Shown piece after piece: positions 11,836-24,400 of a stretch of 64,000 bases of DNA. Each line of letters begins with the position of its first letter. The stretch's first letter is position 1. The stretch is from Lama guanicoe. Taxonomy: Eukaryota. The stretch spans positions 9,782,898 through 9,846,897 of the forward strand of contig MU054212.1 in the NCBI GenBank assembly GCA_013239625.1, in the 5' to 3' direction. The notes under the pieces were generated by a model that ran no database searches, was not told the DNA's origin, and saw only the letters and a list, made by a program, of their open reading frames with translations. Made by a program: the position numbers and the translations under genes.

Positions 11836-14800
11836 ATCCCCTCCCGTCCATCCTCGAGCCCTGATGTCATCCCGTGCATCGTATTTCTGAGCGAGCAGGA
11901 TTTTCAGAACCCCCTGTGGTCTGATGGGGGTGCTGGCACTTAATACATGACAATGACCCTGGAGATTTTAACTTACACACCTCGTTTTCCCTCGGCTCAG
12001 CTCATTCCATCCTCCCAGTGACCCTAAGTGGTGAGGTGAGCAGGGGTCACTGCAGTGATTGGAGAGAGGAAGGAGCTGAGATTTGGAGCCAGGCTGCAGG
12101 GCGGGGCCAGAGCCAGGCGAGCCGCTCCGCTCCAGCCTTGGTGCACCAGCCGAGTCTGCAGCAGGCAGTGTCCAACGCGCCAGACACCGCCTGCTCCCGG
12201 GGCCCCTCTGAGGATCCAGGGCCCCCTCGTGTGGTCAAGCCCAAAGCAGAGGATCCTTCTCATGACCCCCGATGCACACAGACCACCTGCTGGACAGAAG
12301 CAAGGAAGCAGCCTTTTGCATGAGGATCGAGGGGAGACTTCATGAAGGGTGGCTGGTCACTCCCAGAGCTGGTTCTGATCCGCCTGCAATGAGCAGACTC
12401 CCCCTTCACTCAAACAGCCAGGGGTGTGGATGCCCAATGCCAGATTCAGTAGCCTTGTCACCCACCTTACTTGTAAGATCTGACTCTAGGGGATGTTTGC
12501 TGGCTTCCCCAAATCCAAACCACTGCAGAGCTGAGTGGTCTGGCCCCCAGAGAGCCGGGGAGCAGACGCCTCGCGTTACCAAAGAGATGCCTTGGAAAGG
12601 AGTGCTCTCGTTTCATATTTAACTTTGAGCAGGTTAGTAAGGAGACAAACCAACCTACCAACCATTCCTTACGTCCTTGCTGCCCTTTGGCCAGGGGCTG
12701 CCCAGCGGGCCGGGCCCCAGGAATCTGCCTGCCTGCTCACCACCCAGACCTCTGCCCCCTCCACTCACCCACGCCCCTTCCCTGGCTTGTCAGCGGCTGT
12801 TCTTAGCCCGAGCTGCTCTGCTGTATCCTGGCAGGATTTGACCAGGTTGTAATTTTCCTTCGTGATCCTTTTTCCATTTTTCTTTATAAAAAAGGTATCA
12901 ACTGTACCTGGTTGCAATAGGAATGAAAGAGATAATATACAAGAAAGCACTTTGCAGATTAAAATGCTATATAAATGGAAGGCATACTATAATATAAATG
13001 AAATATATAATTTAACATCTATGGTACAGTGTATCAGACACATGGTCTGACTTTAAATGACCAAAACACCTCTGGCACCCAGGTTATCTCAGTACGGCAT
13101 CATATGTGACTTAATTTGGTATATCCTGTGGTTTATAGTATGTCCTGCGAGCCACCTGATTATGTAATATCTTCTGACATATCATATTCCCAGCACAGAG
13201 GAAAGTAGAATCAAAATCAGTCGACATTAGGCTATTTTGGCATTCAAAACACAAGCCCCAGATTTGTGATTTTAACAGCTGAAGCTGGGAGGGAGAAAAC
13301 TAAAAATACGAATGGAGAAGACATCTCCATCGACCGGCAATGTGGCCCACTGGGCGGGGGGACCCGTGGGAAGGCAGAAACCCCAAGAATAGGTCTGGGG
13401 AGGGGGAGCGGTGGGGAGAGGGCCTCTCGGGAGCGGGTGGAAGAGTCACGCTTGGCAGTGGTGGTTCTTACTATTTATGAAGCCAGTTGAGGAGCTAGAG
13501 GGCTTGCGGTGGCCCCCGGGTCGGCTGATTAGCTGGAGATTATATTGATGATGTAATAAAAATTCACTTTGTCTATTAAGTTTCACCAGGACAATCAGGA
13601 GAGATTAGATAAGAATCAGAGGAAATGAATAACCGAATGGAGGAGGAAAGCCATGGCCTCCCGCCCTGCCTCCTCCGTCCCTGTGGGTCTCCCCTCTTCC
13701 TGCCCCCAGTGGGGCCTGGACCAGGAAGCCCCCAGTCCCATACCTGGGCAACGCCGAACCAGCAGCCTCCCTGGACTGGAGCCTGGCTGTGTTCAGGGAG
13801 GGACTCGGCGCTCCAGATACGGCACTGGTTTAAGTTTACCGACTGTGTTTAATATTTTATTAGACCTCTGGCTTGGCAGCCTCCTGGGTGCGCCGGCCCT
13901 GCTGGGAGACAGGCAGGGTCTCAGCCCCTCCACTGCCGGCTTCCTCTGGTCCTGCGGCAGCGGAGGGGGAGTTGCACGACCCAGCGACACAAATGCAGGC
14001 CAGGCAGGCCCATGCCCTGTGAACAGCCAGAGGCCTCTCAGCCTCGCAGTGTCTCCCTCTGGCCTGGCCCATGCCGGAAATTCCCCCATTAGAGCTGTTT
14101 CTTTGGGTTATGGCCTGGGCTCTAAAAGGTCCCTGTAGGAGGCACGTGTCACCAGAGATGGTAACACATTAATGCCCATTAGCCGCCAGGGACGCATCTG
14201 CCCAGTTTGATTTGTCAGATCAGCAAGGGGCAGGACTTTGAAGGGAAGTCCTTCGAGTTGGGGACCGCTGTTCCCTGAGAGCCTTGGGCCTTGAGGTCTG
14301 GGGTCTGGAGGGGGCGGGGAGCGCAGAGGAGGCTGGATGACAGCCAGCTGGGAAGGCCATGGAAAACCACATCCCCGACCTCCCAGTCCCTGCAGGGACG
14401 GCCTTGGGCAGTTACTCCAGCTCGGAGATGGAGCTCGGTTCTGCCCCATCTGAGAAATCCCAGGGGTCAGGAAGATGTCACGGGTCAGGTTCTGCAGAAT
14501 GCCTGAGAGAGGGCAGCTTCCCTCCCCTAATGAGTTGGCCACAGACACTCCTATATTCGGAGCCCTAAAGGTCACCTCATCTCTTACTGCTCCTCTGGGC
14601 TGGGGTTCTCTCCCGGAGATGGGAGAAGCTCCCCGATGGCTCCTCTGCAGTAAACATGCCGCCCAGGGACCCTGGCACCCTGGCCTGGGTGTGTTATCCA
14701 CCGGGAGTGGATCTTCCTGGGATCTGCCAAGATTACTGCAGTTCCAGACCGGCATCACCCCAGGAAACTCTGTCCCCGGCTTCATCCCTGCTGCTGGCTG

Positions 14801-17800
14801 CCTGCAGCCACGCCTGAACTGGGGGCCGGCGCAGAGGAAGGGCAGAGGGCCGGGGGTAGGTTCCAACCTCCAGAACCCCACAGTTCACCTCTCGGGATGG
14901 GACGTTCAGCTGAGTAAGGCTGTGGGGACAATCTGGACGCCTGCCTAAGTGACAGGGAACACAGGCACAAGTTTAAATATTCCATGAGTAATTTCTCAGC
15001 CCAAGTGGGCTGTCGTTGGGACAGCTGAAGGACACTGCAGCCCCAAAGCAGGTGGGGCCCGTCCGGGCAGGTCCTATGGGTGTCACCAGCTTCATCAGAC
15101 ATACCTACAAGCCGCCCACCTACCCCTGACCCCTGTCTCTTTCTTCTTCGTCAGCCAGGCTGGTGGTAGGTCCAGATTTCTTCAAAGTGAAAAATTCCTT
15201 TATCCACCAGCCTGAGAATGAGATTTCACTGCAGTGGGACCGAAACGAAACATAACGGAACAAAACGAAACAAAACAAGCGGGCCGTCAGCAAGTCAGCC
15301 TCCCGGCTCTGCCTTGTCCCTGTGTGCCTGCCCGGTCCCTGCCACCCTCTCCCCATGGGAGCCTGCGGCCAAGCCCCCTGGGCAGGGAGCTCGTGCCCCT
15401 GTCAGATTCCTCCTCCTTGGGGGAGTCATTCGCATTGGGTACTTTTATATTTGTGGGTTTGCTGCTTTCTGGCACACCCGGTTATTTCGTGGTGGTGATG
15501 GTGGGGTCGCCACCTTCCGAGGAGGGAACTTGACTCTCAGGGCACCTGAGTTGCACATGAATCTGCCTCCTGCAGGGAGGCCTGTTTCTGCCCCATCCCA
15601 GGGCTTCCCGGTGAGGATTGGAATGCCCCACACGCTCTCTGCTTGGCAGAAGGCTGCCCAGCCACATGCGGGCGGGGATGGGTCCCTGCTCTCCACGTGG
15701 GGATGGTTGCAGGGATACCCTAGAGGCCGGCTGCAGTTGGGGTGATGAAGCCTCTGCTCTTGCCCCAGTAGGACCTTCCTCCTGCCTCTGCCAGCCTGGG
15801 GTACTGACTCCTCCCGGCTGTGTGGCCTCTGTTGTGGCTCAGCAGAGATAGATCAGAACATTCAGAGTTAATGTTTTGCTGAGAAACTTGAGAAACTTGA
15901 GAGAACCAAACCAAAGCCTTGGAGAGAGTGTGAGCCGCAGGCAGGGGTCTCGCACAAAAGGGAGAGGGAGTCTGGCCGCCCCCAGCTCCAGCATTGTGGC
16001 CGCCACCTGGGCCCTGGTCCTGCTCCTCCCCTCCCATCCAACTGCCTGCCATTGTGACCTGGTCTGCAGAGTGGCCACTCACAGCCACCTCTGGGAACGC
16101 TCTCCCCGCCGAGACACGGCCCCGTCACCTTGCTCCCCTCCGCTCTCCAGGGACCGATCAGCTGCCCTGACCCGTCCAGCCCCAGGCCTCACCCTTCACT
16201 TCTCATTCCTGTCGTGTTTCAAACCTGCCCAACACAATGACAACAGAACTGACTCTAAAATAAATCTAATAATTTATTTATTGAAATCATCAAAAGGAGA
16301 GCAAAGAGGAGGTTTTAGTTTTCAATAAAAAGAGTTTTAAAAATTGCGAGAGAAAATGAAGGCTGGAAATAAGCCAGCTGGTGGCTCCCCTGCTCTGTGC
16401 CTTTCACTATGATGGCCCACGGGACTTCGGTCGCTGCCCTGGGGTCTCAGCTGGACTCCAGACCTGGGTCACTGGGCACAGGGTTGAGGGTGCATGCGTG
16501 TCTTGAGGGGCACTTGGAGATTCCTTTGCAGAAGTGGACGGATATAACAGTTTGGAGCTGGACCCAGGTCCGGCCCCTGAGTGTGAAAGAGTCTGGTGTC
16601 TCGCCATATGGAACGAAGAATAAAACCCGTCCTCAACTGCGCTCTAATTATTCATTAAAAACAATGAAACAAAATTCATGTGTGATACAGTACTTTCTGG
16701 ATTTTCTGGTTCTCCTCTCTTGTTTCCTATTGGCTCTGTGTTGCTGGTGTCCCAGCCTCAGGTTTGGGGCCCCACACAGCCCACCCCTGCGGGGGCTGCG
16801 GTGCATCTGAGGAGAGGCGTGCCTCCCGCGCCCTGCAGGGGTGAGGAGTGGGGTGCAGGCAGGGTTGGGACGCCAAGCTAGGACTGGAAAGGCTCCTGGG
16901 TGTCAGGGGCCTGGCTTGAGAACAGAAAGTTCTCCCTCTCACCGTCAGAGGGCAGGCGACCGCTGGAGGAGAGGGGAGCCCTCCCACACACACAGTTTGG
17001 GGGCCCCTCCCCAAGGTAGGGAACGGGGCTACTGGAAGGGCCTGGCTCTGGGCTCTGAACCCAGGTCTTGAGGCTGAGGAGGGGATGAGGCACTTCGGGG
17101 CAAAGAGGATGCCCTCAGGTGCCAAATCGGCCCACCCCCAACCAACTCTGCGGCCTTGCCTAGTCTGGGTGGGGCTGGGAGCAAATTCAGAGATCTGTGA
17201 ATTGTCCTGGGTAGCCCGGGGGTTGGGACTCAGCTAACAAAGCTGGGCTATTAGCATGAGGGAGGGAACAGAGACTGGCCCCAAGGGCTGGATGTAAGCA
17301 CCTGGTGGGACCCTGAGTGTGCACGCTAGGAGGGGGAGGTGGGTCAAGAGACGATGGGATGTGGCCGGTCTGCTGAGGCCCCAGTGCTCCCAGCCCTGCC
17401 ACAGGCCCCATCTCCTCTTCCTCCTTTACAATTGGAGGCATCTCCCCTGCACTTACAATTCATCTCGTCCACCACTACCCCACCGAGGGACCTGGTCTCT
17501 GAGGCAGCCTCCCTTCCAGCTGCCTCCAAAAGCTCTGGGAATGATCCGAAAGTTTAATGGGCTTTCCTGGTCAGCCCTATTCCGTCTCTCCCTGGCCGCT
17601 GAGCCCTCGGCCCCTGGATTCTTTGCTCTCCACTCCTCCTTCAGAACACTCTTCAGGCACTGCCCAGGGCAGCCAGGGAGGACCAGGAACAGCCTGAGCT
17701 GGGGCTCCGGCGGGCATGGCTGCGGGGGGCCAGGGGCAGGCCAGATAGCAATTCCAAGGCCAAGGGCATATGGCCTTCCCTTTCCTTCCCACTCACTGTG

Positions 17801-20800
17801 CCTGCACGTGAGCCTCAGCGAACAACGGCTTCCTACAGTCCAGACCGTTCCGACCCCACCAGCAGTGCTGATGGGGCAGGACCCCGCACCTCTGGCTCTG
17901 CTGGTCTCAAGAACCCAATCGTGTGATAGATTGGATTGGGTGCCTTTCTTCCTGCGACCCCTAAGCCGCAAAGCACACACTGACATCTCCGGGGGCCAGG
18001 ATCCCACCATGTAACTGGGGATGTTGCTTCAGGCTCACACCACCCCTCCGAGATAGACTTCTTCACGCGGCGGGCACAAGGATGCTCTCTGTGTCCCATC
18101 CGATGAGACCAAGCCAAGCCAAGTATTGATTTGACGGGAAGATATGGATATGTTGGGTGGATAATGGGTGAGGGATCCTGTTTCTTTCTTTTCCTGTTCA
18201 GAGGACACCTCTCCTCCACTCACCCCGCTGGAAGGCAGGGGCTGGATGAGGGACGGTGTTCTCGTCGGTCACCCAGAGACGCCTCCTTCCCCTCGGGCTC
18301 CTTCCAGGAGCTCAAGACCATAGAGCCTCTGGGAACAAGGTCCCCCTCTCCCACCGCGGCAAGCACTCCCAACATCTTCGCCTCTCCGTATATTCTTAGA
18401 ACCAGTCAATATGATTAATTTTACATGGGCATAATTTCCTGCTGCTGCCGTGGAGCTCTCCAAGCCCTGCCCATCAGCAGCGACATGATACAGTTTCTGG
18501 TTATATTGGTCAACCAAGATATTGATATTATTAATAATGGATATCTATATGCCGACCTTTGTCCACACAACTGAATCACTCTGGGCTGGCTGTCACATTT
18601 CTTTAAGAGGTATTGATAAGCCCATTACTGGAAGGGCATGTACAGTCTTAGGTGTGTGATTTCACTCACCTTCAAGCATCGCCTGTGAAAATCTACCCTT
18701 GTTGGCGGAGCTGGAGTGGGGGCGGTGGCGCGTGCAAGAGAAAGTCTGCGTGCGCATGCTTGGGTGGTGAGTGTGTGTGGGTGGGTGTGTGTGAGTGTGC
18801 ATGTGAGAGTGTGTGCGAGTCTGTCTTGAACACCGGCCCTTTTAGAGCTGATCAAATAGTCAATTAGAGCATTATAAGGAGGTAGCAGAATCAGAGAGTG
18901 CCTACAAATACACTGTGATGTAGTGTTTGATCTTTGGATGCCTCTTGTCTCCTAGGACTAGCGCAGGAGGCTTGGCTTTATAAGGATATTATTAGGTTGA
19001 TGCCTCGTTCTCTCAATGTACCTGTCAGGCAAGAGGCAGCACTCACTGGAAGCAGTCTGGCCAGAAGCAGCCACGGGGAGGTGCGCTGAGACTGGACTTT
19101 GGGGACTTGCTGTTCCCAGCCTCGGTCTCTTCACCTGTGCGGTGGCCTCCATGTATCTGACTCCGCTGTCTTCAGGCCAGAGGGGGAGGTTGCCTCAGCT
19201 CTGCCTCTTAACCTTGTGCACCGAAACTCCCCATCACAGGGATGCTTGACACTCCACCAGACCCTGTTGTTTCATACACACGGGGCTGCCGATTAGAAGG
19301 GTTCCCTGGTAGAACGCATGCTTCGTGTGCTCACGTGTGTCTGCACACAAGCACATGATCTCATCACTACGTCTCTCTGTGATGGCTGTCATTCCGACGT
19401 GGGTGGACAGTGGTGTCAGGGACAGTGCCTCCCTCAAGTCTGTCTACAGTGATCCGTTCCTGTTTGGACCCAGCCATGCTCACTTGTCTGGGGAGCCCCC
19501 TCACGCGCCCCTGGAAAGGGAAGCCAGCTAGCTTGTGAGATCTTTTGGATCCTCAAACATAGTGTGTGAATAAACCAGACATGGATTAATTAGGTGTGAC
19601 TGCATCATTAAATTAGAATAATGAACAAACAGCCACGTATGGCATTCAGATCTGCCTCGCATGGCTCCAAGGGTGGCATTCAAGTAAGTCACCTGTCAGT
19701 TTGTGGATTTTGGGGACTCTAGAGACTGAGGTTCCAGTCACATCTTGAGAAGTGGATTCCTTAGGCACCACCCACTCAAGGCAAGGACCATCCTTCAATG
19801 GGCACCCAGACTCCACAACCGAATCCAAACAATGGCTTGGTTCGATACAGCATCATCTATGCACGCTTCAGCTGCAAGCATTTCTCAGAGTGAAATACGA
19901 CAGTGGTACAGGTGCTCAAGAGACAGGAGGGAGAAGTTAAGAGGTGTGGGCAGCGGATGTGAAACGTATCGATCCTGTAATATTTATGTGGACGTGCACA
20001 GAGTCGCTTGTGCATGTGTCCCCACACACAAACACTTCCATACACTCACATCTTTTGCATTTCCACGAACTCCTTTTGTATTCTATCGACACTCCCCGTT
20101 TCAGCGAGATAGATCTGAAGGTGAACCAAGTCTCCGTCATGTAATTTTAGAAACAGCTGCGCAACAGCAGCCCCATGCCCTCGCCGGGCAGCACCCGTTA
20201 CCGGGCAGCACCCCACACCATCCCCATCCTAGGACAGAGCGGCTGTGCAGTAAGAGCTGTTCATCTTTAACAAAGAGGAAGAAGCCACCAGCTAAGAGGA
20301 AAGAAAATGGGAAGGAATGTTGCTTGCCTCCCTGCCAGCAGTGGGATAGCCTAATGCATGGGGGGTTTTGTCAGTAAGATCTGTTAAGTATCCAGAAACC
20401 TTTGATCTGGAGCTGCTCTTAACAAAGGTGATAATTAATTAAAGCGGAGTGTATTGCAATAAAGTAACATCGCGGTCAGCTTATGCGCGGTCCAGAGTCG
20501 GCCTTCGGAAGTCTCTGTCAATTAAACTCTTGTTGGAGGCCAGCTCATTATCAATTATTTTCCCCCGAGCTTTGATCAATATTTTTGGCTGTTCTGTCCT
20601 CACGGAACCAGAACTATGCCTGTCGCCATGAGGGCACCCATTTATTTACATCTTGCAGATGGCCACGCAGGGTTTGTTCCTGAGCAGAGCTGCTGGGAAT
20701 AGCTTCCTTTGAGTGTCAGTCAGCTCACGCTGGAGGGGAGATACAAGGGAGGATAAGGGAAGCCAAATGCGGAGCAAGTTGAAGGGGAGCAGCCCTGGGA

Positions 20801-21442
20801 ATGCACAGGATGAAAACATCCCCTTGTGCTCCCAGAGGGACCCAGAAAGGAGGCCGATTACCCTGGGGCTGCCCACCTGGCTGCTTGGTTGGTTTCTGTG
20901 GGCAGGGTTGTGGCTTGGGCTCTATACCCAGCCAGGGGCCACTGGAAATGGGCTGAGTGGAGATGAGGAAGCCCTTAGGGCAAACACATAGACTCTGGGA
21001 ATTCCTTTGCCACCGTTTCTTACCCCATCATAGTCTGCATCTTCTTGCCCTGGCATCTTTAACTGCATCCCTATGCTGCCAAATGGAACGTGGATCTATC
21101 TCTTCTGACCCAGTGGCTTTTTTTTTTTTTTGAGGGCATCTTGAATGGCAAGGGGAAGAAGGAAAAGAAGATAGAAGAGGATGATTAAAGGGCTCCAACT
21201 AAGTTGGGGGGCTCTGTTCCCCTCCCCTAAGCTATTTGGGTAGGGTTACATGCTTTCTGGGATTCCTGGAGAGCCTGTGTATTTGAAGGGCTGCAGAACA
21301 GGCGAAAGTAAAGGAGGTGGGATGTGCTTCCCCTGTACCAAGCCCAAAAGGAGGGCTGCGGCTCCCTGCCACCCCTGTGTGCATTCAGGCCAAATGCAGC
21401 CCTCTGCTTGCAGTGCCTAGCTTGACCGACTTGGTCAAGTCC

Positions 21443-21488
<46 letters not shown>
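21443..21488. repeat. (TG)n microsatellite
   Basis: Direct reading. Confidence 0.95.
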
Positions 21489-24400
21489 AACACAATACAA
21501 GAAAAAATTAGGACTGGAATGCCAAGGGGCAGCAAGTGGTGTAGGGAATGCAGTGGGCGGATGGAATGATCTCTGCAGAGGGCTGGGCTCTGTGGCTGGC
21601 CACTCAGATCTCGGATGGAAGGTCATTTCTAAAATGAGTCAATAGGTGAGCAGAAGTGGGCAAGCCTTTGACGGGTGATGAGTCGGGGGGAGTGAACCCT
21701 CACCCCAATCTGGACTTTTGGGTGGGGATATCAGGCAGATGGACAAGAGCATGCCTCCCCACTGGAACTTAGATCACTGACAAATTCAAGCCACAAATTC
21801 CGAGGTGGAGCATGTACATGATCACGAGGACAGCGTCATTCTCTCCTTCTCTCCATCAACCATCTCCGTGATCACGCATGCAGCCTTGCAAGATGAAACG
21901 ACCCCTAACATCATCTCCATTGCACTTGAATTTGTCATGTCGTCCCTGCACACATGTGCGTGCACATGCGCGCACACACACACACACTCACACCAACACC
22001 CACACAGGCTGCAGCATCTTCCCTCCCCTGACCCTCCGGTACCCACAGACATGCACAGATTTTCACACCCTCGAGCTCCTCTCTCAGCATGTCACATGGG
22101 ATTTCCCTTCCAAGTTCAGAAGCTGCTGCACTTTCAGACACTGTCAACCAGTGTTCCCAGCTTCCGGCTGGCATTCTGGCCCTCCAACTTTCAGTTTTCC
22201 TTTTCTTCTGCCTACTACGATGTTGGGCCTCATTCTCTATTGCATCTTTCTCTCCTCTATAGATTATTCATTCCAAATCCTCTTCAGCGAGATCCCTCCT
22301 GGGTCACTTTGGCAACTGACCACCTTTTGGTGACGTGGAAGGTGTGAGTCCTGCAGTGCTTTCCCCAAATCCATTTGAGGCAAGTGAGACCAGCTCTTAT
22401 CTCAACCAAATAGGTGTTGTCTTGGGTATCTCCCCAGGCCTCTTTCAGAAGCCCCTCTCCCATCCTGGTCTACACATTATGATGATGATGGTGATGGTAA
22501 TAATGCCTGCAATGGCCTTGCTCAAGTGAGTGAGTCGCGGGAGTGTGGTGAGCTCACTGGGTATCAGGAATGCCCCCTGGAAATCAGCTCTTTGAACGCA
22601 CTCGGAAAACTTCACAGCACGCATGAATGGAGGGCAGGTTTGCATAGCTATGGTGCACATTTTTGTAATTGTTTTCCTTTGGGTTGTTTTTAAGCTATGA
22701 CTTCATTCAAGAAAAGCTTTTCTTTTTGTTTTATTTTGTTTTGTGTTTGAGAAGCCACAAACATCAGCCAACTGGAGCAGGTGGAGAGAGTGAAAATATG
22801 CCAAGGGGGTTCTTTCAACCCAATCTAGAATTCCCATTAAAGCTGAGTGGGGGTGGGGGGAAGAGTGTTAACATCTCCCTGTTGAATTGCAGTAAAATCT
22901 AGGCCAGCCCTGGTTCCCATATGTGTGGGATGAGCTTAGTCATGCTCACACATGGGTGCATATACGTGCACGTGTGCATATTAATTTATCTCTGTGTGTG
23001 TATGTGGGTTGATTCTGAGGAAGACTACTTAAAAGATAAATGAAATCATGTACAACTAGCAAATAGCCATCTTAAATAAACTAATAAATAAACTAATCAT
23101 TCCTCAATAGTTTTTTCTTTGCTCCTATATAGAATACTTATCAACATCTGGAATTTGGAGGTTTTTAAAATGGGGGCTGTTGTTCAGGATCATTTTAACT
23201 TTGCAATGATTGCCATCGCTAATTTTCTCTAGGGAAACTTACATTTTAAATGTTTTTCTTCTTTCCTTATTAGAGCTATCTCATTTTCCATATCTCTTTC
23301 TCACAAAGCAAATCTCTCTTTTAAAAGCTGCTGTAGGTGTGTGTCCAGCCATTCTGCCAGTGTCTTTCCCTGGACAGAGCTGAATTTTTATTTTTCCAAG
23401 TAATTTTTTTTTAAGTTCATCTTAATTGAGCGAATGCCCACGCTGGTACTTCAGTCTCACTGTCTCTTAGACTCATTTGAAAACAGAAATCAGATAGAAC
23501 CTCACTAGCTTTAATTCACCTATCTGAGGGGGAAAACAAAACAAAACACAACACAGCAAGCTCTCTCAGCCGAAGTCAAGCGGCGAAAACTCGATGTTCT
23601 AATTGTTACGCTTACACAAAAATACGAGACATTATTTTATGAAGATGATTCCAAATCACCAAAACATAATCATAACCCTTGCCCTTTCCCTTTCTCCCAG
23701 CTGCACCCCAAATCAAGGTGGCTTGAGGAATTTCCTACTTAGATGCCATTGAAATGAGAGGTTGTGCATCAGGGGATAAGTATGTTTTAAATTGATGCAC
23801 TAGCCGGAGCTCAGTGCACAGAAGGTTCCATTACTCTGTCCCACCCTCCCTCTGGGTGTAGTATGAAAGTATGAGGGGCTGAAGTCCCTGCAGCTGTGGC
23901 TTCCGGGTTGGGAGCACCTCAGGGCTGCCAGTGGAGATTTTCCTCCACGCAGCAGAGGAAAATCTCAATGCACAGAGGTTACTCAGGCCACAGGTCTGTT
24001 CTGACTGGTTAACAAGAGGGACTGTGATGTGGACTTGGCTGTTTAGATTAAAATGCATCGCAGGCTCCGGGAACAAGCACACATCAGTAGTAAAGGCTGT
24101 TTAAACCTTTGGGGACAGCCTTATGTTTAGATTACATTAATTCATAAATATTACACTAAATACCACTTAAATTGGACTTAAATGACTTCCAAGATAATGC
24201 ATTATAATATGGCTATCCAGAGAGCCCTAGTCTTTATGTCTCCCAGTAACTCAGTCTTTGCTGCATCCTACCCTGCTAGACAAGACCAAAGTTATGAATG
24301 GATTGCGGCTTGTTCATGTGTGAGCCACCAACTGTGTATGTGTATGTGTGTTAGCAGGCATGACTCTGTGCATGTGTGTATGCATTTTCAGTCACTGCCT

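Noticed and set aside
14108..20377. ORFs of 210-257 aa (14108-14881, 17319-18014, 19745-20377)
   Set aside because: No recognisable homology; composition typical of chance ORFs in stop-poor DNA.
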